From positions 1 through 28,910 of the forward strand of contig NW_021832500.1 of assembly GCF_006345805.1 (NCBI RefSeq): DNA of 28,910 nucleotides, read 5' to 3'. Each line of letters opens with the position of its first letter. Position 1 is the first letter of the stretch. The position numbers were made by a program, and so were the translations under genes. The DNA comes from Octopus sinensis (lineage: Eukaryota). Below are positions 22,300 to 28,910 of the stretch, one piece after another. Below the pieces are notes generated by a model. The model was not told the origin of the DNA. It saw only the letters and a list, made by a program, of their open reading frames with translations, and searched no databases.

Positions 22300-23150
22300 T
22301 CTCGACTGGATATCAGTAGCAAAACTTTTCAGTTTCTTTTCAAATTCATTTGTTGTCGCTATCTTTCTACGAACTCTTCCAATCACTTGTAGTTACTTCA
22401 CTATCAAAGTACCTATTTCTTTACTACCCACAAGGGGCTAAACATAGAGAGGACAAACAAGGAGAGACAAACGATTAAGTCGATTATATTGACCCCAGTG
22501 CGTAACTGTTACTTATTTAATCGACCACGAAAGGGTGAAAGGCAAAGTCGACCTCGGCGAAATTTGAACGCAGAACGTAAAGACAGACGAAATACCTATT
22601 TCTTTACTACCCACAAGGGGCTAAACATAGAGGGGACAAACAAGGACTGACAAAGGTATTAAGTCGATTACATCGACCCCAGTGCGTAACTGGTACTTAA
22701 TTTATCGACCCCTAAAGAATGAAAGCCAAAGTCGACCTCGGCGGAATTCGAACTCACAACGTAACGACAGACGAAATACCGCTAAGCATTTCGCCCGGCG
22801 TGCTAACGTTTCTGCCAGCTCGCCGCCTTTTACTATCGAAGTACCGCGTGGAAGACATTATGTCAACGGTGACCTCAATACAAACCTCTCCTTATGACTC
22901 TTACACTCGTCCAACACCAACAATACTGACAACAAACCCGAATTGTTGACTACCATGATCTATTAACCTTACATAGAAATCCTGGGCGACACACAATCCA
23001 AACACAATTGACCTCTATATCACCTCTAAACCCGGCTATGTTTTGTCACTAGCTTCGCTGATCTTATCGAGCGCTCTGGTTACTGTCTGTTCTCCTGTAC
23101 AGTATCTCCTTTCACATTCCAGTTGTATGTCTAGCCATCTAAGTTGCCGA
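22300..23150 (+). mobile_element. Decayed LINE apurinic-endonuclease fragment (CR1/L2-type), interrupted by a SINE dimer
   Basis: HYVNGDLNT (GDFN motif) and NTIDLYITSKP (xLDL..T..P motif) in the expected order; stops and frameshifts are present. Confidence 0.6.
22414..22831 (-). mobile_element. Family B SINE dimer (head + unit + unit) within one TSD
   Basis: TSD actatcaaagtacc (22400-22413) / actatcgaagtacc (22832-22845); unit junction at 22596/22597. Confidence 0.92.
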
Positions 23151-23354
23151 ATTTAGGATAGTATATATTTATTGCTTTAGTCTGGACAAAAACGTTTGTA
23201 AAGAGGTTTACTTATGCCATTTGCCGACCCACAAAGACTTATGTGGTCCACATCATTGATGTTCTTCGTGGATAATTATTGCAATTTCAATGTTGTATTA
23301 AAAAATATGAGCAGAAATTTTAGGGGATAGAGAAGTTTAGTGAAGGTAACAAGA

Positions 23355-23740
23355 TGGCAGAAATGCTTAGCTGTATTTCGTCTACCGCTACGTTCTGAGT
23401 TCAAATTCCGCCGAGGTCGACTTTGCCTTTCATCCTTTCGGGGTCGATTAAATAATTACCAGTTACGCACTGGGGTCGATATAATCAACTTGATCCGTTT
23501 GTCTGTCCTTGTTTGTCCCTTCTGTGTTTAGCACCTTGTGGGTAGTAAAGAAATAGGTAGTTCGTCTGCCACTACGTTGTGAGTTCAAATTCCGCCGAGG
23601 TCGACTTTGCCTTTCATCCTTTTGGGGTCGATAAATTAAGTATCAGTTACGCACTGGGGTCGATGTAATCGACTTAATCCCTTTGTCTGTCCTTGTTTAT
23701 CTCCTCTATGTTTTGCCCCTTTTGGGCAATAAAGAAATAA
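23355..23740 (+). mobile_element. Family B SINE dimer with a partly deleted head
   Basis: Two collinear units joined at ...aaagaaata|ggtagttcgtc (about 23556). Confidence 0.92.
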
Positions 23741-23899
23741 GAAATTTCAGGGGAGATAATATCAGCATTAATAAGAACAGATAGGGCAAAATTAGAAAGC
23801 GATGAGTGTCAATGTTGAAGCGGGCGCAATACGGATGACAAGACGGGAAGAAAGGATTTTTACTCTCTGTTCATTGCTCTTTAGGTATTATTTATATAA

Positions 23900-24231
23900 T
23901 CGCAGTTAACATCAAATCGGTTAGATTTCTATTGATTACTATGTTAAATGTTATCTCATGTAATTATTTGTTAATGTCGGTGGTGAATTCTTGTTTGATT
24001 TTCGCTGTTAATTATTCTTTCAGTTGCTTGTATTCTTCACTCATTATTTTCGCAGTTCGTAATCTGTTACTTATCGTTCGTGTGATGACAGAATGTTCGT
24101 CACCATTTTATTGTTATCGAATCAGTCGTGGGTTTGTATTGTTTACTGTCTTCTCAGGAGAAGAAGTCACTGGTCTTGTTCGACTCTTATTTGTCGTGTT
24201 GTAGTAGTTGTTGCTGTTGTTGTTTTTGTTT

Positions 24232-24263
<32 letters not shown>

Positions 24264-24660
24264 AAGCAACAAGACGGGTAAGGGTGATTAGGTAATGGTC
24301 TAGGGTATAGGAGCGGGAGACCCCAGACCTTGGAAAGATAAAAACTTTGGTCGTCTTGTTGTAGTCGAGGACTCTTCGTTGACACCCGACACCACTGGGA
24401 GGTGGCCCTCGAAGTCGCTGGAAATGCAGATCTCCAGGTCCAAATTCTTGGACGGCTATTTGACGTGTGGATAAGATGGTCGGTGGAGATAACTTCGAGT
24501 TTGTTTGCTTTTCTTTTTTCTCAATGGAGTTTGCCTGTTGTTTGGCACTAAATTTCGAGTAGTTGGAATAATCTAGATCCCAGAAATATTTCATCCTTTT
24601 CATGTAACCCATCGTGAGTTATATAGAATTATTTTTTCAGTTCAAAGATTCCGTAGACTT
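23900..24660 (-). mobile_element. Possible decayed N-terminal ORF region of an R4/Dong-like LINE, with a (TTG)n insert at 24200-24262
   Basis: GYMKRMKYFWD...FSAKQ..QANSIEKK resembles the GYxKRMxxxW...QxxxIxK motif near the N-terminus of R4-clade ORFs. Recalled similarity only. Confidence 0.4.
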
Positions 24661-24941
24661 TGTCTCAATACTTCCGCAATCTACGATAGCTAACCCCAGT
24701 CTCCTGTCCAGCCACCAAGTATACAATATCAATCCTACGTACTAAGTTTCAGTTGATTTTCTTCGCTTGATTACTGCTAATAATATTCTATAAATAAAAA
24801 TGCTTCTTTGCACTTATTCAAAGAAGATAATTTTTTTTACAACATCTTTTGACATCGATACAATATCAATGTCAATAGATCAAAGTGATAGTATTAATTA
24901 CAGGAAGATATGATTGGCTTCGACGCCATAATTACGTTCTG

Positions 24942-25265
<324 letters not shown>

Positions 25266-25480
25266 GAGTAAGGACTTAAAAAATCCTTCTAAGGGATGTT
25301 AAACATCCAAGTCCGCTGGTTCAATCCAAAGCAAAGAAATAATAAAAATCTATATATTCGATATTGGTACAATAAATAGACAGGGCATAATAAGGAAACG
25401 AAACAATAGAAGTGCATACATTACTTTATTCCAAGCTGGTACATATATCCAACAAAAATTCTGCAAGTTGTTTCCAATAA

Positions 25481-25695
25481 AGTTCTATATTTAAGAGATG
25501 AGGAATTATATGCATTCTTTACATTATGTACATTATTTACATTATTTACATCCGACGGATATTTGTTCTCATCTTGTTTGTTGTTAACACAAAGTTTCGG
25601 CTGATATACCCTCCAGCATTTATCAGGTATCTTGGGGAAATCTCGAACTTGCGTTCTCACTCCTAAGGTATTTTTCGATGTTATTATTATTATTA
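25481..25695 (-). mobile_element. Penelope-LTR-like tail with a mutated hammerhead core
   Basis: Minus strand: AGAUAC-CUGAUAA(25626-25620)-a-UGCUG-gagggtatat-CAGCC-GAAAC-UUU-GUGUU. Inverted copy at 25835-25990. Confidence 0.7.
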
Positions 25696-25722
25696 GTAGT
25701 AGTAGTAGTAGTAGTAGTAGTT

Positions 25723-25770
<48 letters not shown>

Positions 25771-25828
25771 CTGGTATCGAACTCGGAATCTTGGGATTAG
25801 TAGCCCGCGCTCTTAACCACTACACCAT
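25771..25828 (-). ncRNA. tRNA-derived Pol III head (not an intact tRNA)
   Basis: atggtgtagtggttaagagcgcgggctactaatcccaagattccgagttcgataccag: A box TGGTGTAGTGG, B box GTTCGATACC; no complete acceptor stem. Confidence 0.75.
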
Positions 25829-25834
25829 ATTATT

Positions 25835-25990
25835 AATAATAATAATATCGAAACGTACCTTAAGAATGAGAACCCAGGTTCGAAATTTCCAAGATATCTG
25901 ATGAAGGCTCGAGGGTATATCAGCCGAAATGTTTGTGTTAACAAATATCTGTCAAAGGTAAATAATGTAAATGATGCAAATAATGCTCAA
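25835..25990 (+). mobile_element. Inverted second copy of the hammerhead-bearing tail
   Basis: AGAUAU-CUGAUGA(25898-25904)-a-GGCU..AGCC-GAAA(25926-25929)-U-GUUU-GUGUU. Confidence 0.75.
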
Positions 25991-26022
25991 ATTGTTTCCA
26001 AGCCTAACTAATTTAAAACATT

Positions 26023-26031
26023 ATGATATAT

Positions 26032-26088
<57 letters not shown>

Positions 26089-26360
26089 TCATAATGTTTT
26101 GAATAAAATACACGCGTCGGTTTTCAAAAGATATATGGAAAGTTATGTCATTTTACTTGACGTCTGCCCGCCACAAATACTGGAATCGTAAAATCTCTTG
26201 ATTTCTTTATTATATTCATATATATATATATATATATAATGGTTGGGTGTACATATGTCTATAAATTTCTGTATGTATATGTATATGTATACATACATAC
26301 ATACATACATACATACATACATACATACATACATACATACAGATATATACATATAAGCGT
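26023..26360. repeat. (TA)n and (CATA)n arrays
   Basis: Seen directly. Confidence 0.85.
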
Positions 26361-26643
26361 ATATATTTCAGGTGGGTGTCTCATAGAAAACAAGATTCTG
26401 TAGAAATGAAAAATGTCGACTTTACTCAATATTCATGTTAACAATCCGCCGGTAATTAGCAAGTCTAAAATAAAATTATTGATCGGCAACATACGTCTTT
26501 CATATACCAAGATTATAATATAGAGAAACTTGTGAGAGTCAGTAAAACAATAGAGTTGATAGTTAACTTTTACTGGTTTACTGCTAGCGGGGTGTCCATA
26601 ATCTATAATCACACCAACGAAGTCTTTTTGCAAACACACTCAC

Positions 26644-26723
26644 CATGAGAGGAAATCAATCTTTCACACGTACCGAAAAGATAATTTTGGAATGCACTCT
26701 GCATTGTGTACTGTTTCAATGTT
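26644..26723 (-). other. Weak candidate exon (80 nt)
   Basis: Acceptor tatttctcacag|AA and donor CATG|GTGAGT; one open frame, TLKQYTMQSAFQNYLFGTCERLISSH. Confidence 0.2.
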
Positions 26724-27502
26724 CTGTGAGAAATAATTTAACTGGTATAGCTCCAGACGGGAATGGAAACCAGGTTACCGATTTGTCTTATTAAAGGCTT
26801 CAATTTGCCTTACTTTTATTCGTCTCACTTTCCCTTCAAACTTTGGACTCACTTTTGAATATTTTCAACAATAACGTCCGTTACTTTCTTTCCAAGACTT
26901 TTCTTAAATGCAATCATAGTTTCTTAGCGTACTTAGCGTAGTGATATTTGTCTCTTCTGGATTCCAAAGAAAATAAAGTTGTCAGTTATCGACACTCCCA
27001 ACCTTGCTTTGCAATACTCGCCTGAAAAATGACGTCTATTCTCACTAGGTAACATTCTAGGAACCTGACCTAACTTGAGTCGGGAATTTGGTTACTAAAG
27101 CAGTGGCTTCCTCCGGCAGACATTGACATAAACAAGCCGTTCATTACTGATCAGAAGTTTAACACTGGTTTATTTAATGTCTACGGTGACCAGTTTTGTG
27201 TAAAATCAAATCTTCAGCAGATACCAAAGAGTCAATTCAGAGATGGTGCAAATTATCCTGAATACAATATCAGTTTGTGCCGGTCTTCGTCGAGACATGA
27301 GCTGTTCTCGGACCCCGCACTACAGATATCCCACTCAAAATCGGGATAACTGCGGCCTATCTGAGAAATGATCCCCACGAAGTGGTGAGTCTGTTACAAT
27401 TAGTGTCGCTGGCCTTTCTCCGCCGCAAAGCCTTTGCAGTCATGTCCACAAGGTGCTGCTAAACACGCTATTTGTTCTCGGAGTCGACAATTCGTTACTC
27501 AC

Positions 27503-27619
27503 CCGCCACGTCTCCTGCTGCTTAATCCCCCTTTGTCTTCTTGGTGAGGTAGTTATGAGGCTGGTTTTTCTCCATAATATAATCTTTTAAACTTTTAATA
27601 CTTTTTCTTTCTTTTCCAT
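27503..27619 (-). other. Candidate non-coding exon (117 nt)
   Basis: Acceptor acatttttacag|AT and donor CGG|GTGAGT; stops in all three frames. Confidence 0.25.
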
Positions 27620-27649
27620 CTGTAAAAATGTTATTAATAAAATGTTGAC

Positions 27650-27705
27650 TGCGTGGCTGTGTGGTTAGTAGCTTGTTTGCCAACCACATGGTCCCGGGTT
27701 CACTT
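27650..27705 (+). mobile_element. Isolated head of SINE family A
   Basis: gcgtggctgtgtggttagtagcttgtttgccaaccacatggtcccgggttca. Confidence 0.75.
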
Positions 27706-28329
27706 GTCTATGAATTCCATGTGTTAACATCAGTAGTGTTCACGAGAAAATGTTCTATCGCGCCTATAAATCACAGGCTTCCTACGAACTGGTATGACAT
27801 ATCCTTTGCGTATGTGTGTTAGCTATTGTCTATAAAATATAATAATATATATATATATATATATATATATTATGATTTAAAAAATTATGGCTGTGCACAC
27901 AACATGAGCAATATATATACAAGTTCCACATCTTTCTCTGAGAGACATCTCTTGCTCTATTTTCTATTATATAATTTCGTTGGTAGTCACATATTAACTT
28001 ATGCAGCGAACGGTCCTACATAATCAATGTCGTTTTAGTTGAAACACGACAGGAGCTGCATACATAACTGAGTTCTCCAAGTCTCTTTCATTGAGTGAAC
28101 ACATGTTTTAAGAGATACATTTATATATCTGTGTTTAGCTATTGGCTGGATCCTGGTAGTAAGATTTTTGACAATATTACATTATTAATGCATGCTTGAT
28201 TATTGGCAAAATGCTGGGATTATAATGTTAAGTATGAAATTCTACATAAACTTGCGTTAAAAATATTCTTTCTTCACCACAAGTTATATACACTTGTATT
28301 TCCAGGTATCGGATTATATGTATCTGTAC

Positions 28330-28590
28330 TATTCAAATATGTGTGTGAGTGCGTGTGTATGTGTGGAGAGATTGATAGATATATACAGACATGCATATAT
28401 ATATACACAAATTATAAATATATATATATGTGCATATATATGTATATATATACACATACATAGATATATATATATATATACATATATAATATATATATAT
28501 ATTATACATATATATATATATATACATATATATACATATATATATATAAATATGCATACATAGACACACACACACACACATGTGTGTGTG
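28330..28590. repeat. TA/CA/TG compound microsatellite
   Basis: Seen directly. Confidence 0.95.
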
Positions 28591-28595
28591 TGGAT

Positions 28596-28787
28596 GGCGG
28601 GGCGAGCTGGCACAATCGTTAGCAGCATTTTTTCCGTCTATGCGCTGTGAGTGTGAATGCCACCGAGGTAGACTTTGCCTATCATCCTTTCGGAGTCGAT
28701 AAGTAAGTACCAATCAACCATTGGGGTCGATATAATCGACTTATTCCCTCACCCGCACTCGTTAGCCTTGTATCAAAATTTTAAATC
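28596..28787 (+). mobile_element. Diverged family B-related SINE with a different 3' tail
   Basis: ggcgagctggcacaatcgttagc...gaggtagactttgcctatcatcctttcggagtcgataag...ggggtcgatataatcgactt, then a tail that does not match the other copies. Confidence 0.8.
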
Positions 28788-28910
28788 AACACACACACAC
28801 ATATGTATGTGTGTGTACGCTTGTATATATATATATATATATAACGCTTGTATATATATATATATATACAATCACGCACGTATATATACATACATTTACA
28901 ATATATGGTA

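Noticed and set aside
22288-22395. Minus-strand protein-like frame ...ATTNEFEKKLKSFATDIQSRLDC ending at a GTAAGT donor
   Set aside because: No convincing acceptor, and it is antisense to the LINE endonuclease remnant.
10092-23740. Recurrent short ORFs such as ...DPERMKGKVDLGGI and ...LRSEFKFRRGRLCL
   Set aside because: They are translations of family B SINE copies, not a gene family or CRISPR-like array: spacing is irregular, both orientations occur and TSDs are present.
25771-25828. Functional tRNA gene
   Set aside because: No complete acceptor stem, and it is embedded in a repeat element, so it was treated as a SINE head.

Overview
AT-rich, microsatellite-saturated eukaryotic DNA. The SINE families and repeat density suggest a coleoid cephalopod, probably Octopus (inference). 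Most non-satellite sequence is transposon debris: about 20 tRNA-headed SINE copies or fragments from at least 4 families, decayed mariner and maT/DD37D DNA transposons, CR1/L2-type LINE fragments, and R4/Dong-clade (RLE) LINE fragments. Nearly all ORFs in the supplied track are microsatellite or SINE artefacts. The only credible host-gene signal is a set of minus-strand exons with good splice sites at about 0.9-3.2 kb; these could encode a small membrane or secreted protein of unknown family. The most unusual signals are two inverted-repeat elements carrying minimal hammerhead-ribozyme cores (18.45-19.0 kb and 25.5-26.0 kb). The second is fused to a tRNA-like Pol III head, which suggests a hammerhead-bearing SINE/retrozyme-like element of Penelope type. 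All calls were made by eye, with no database searches.
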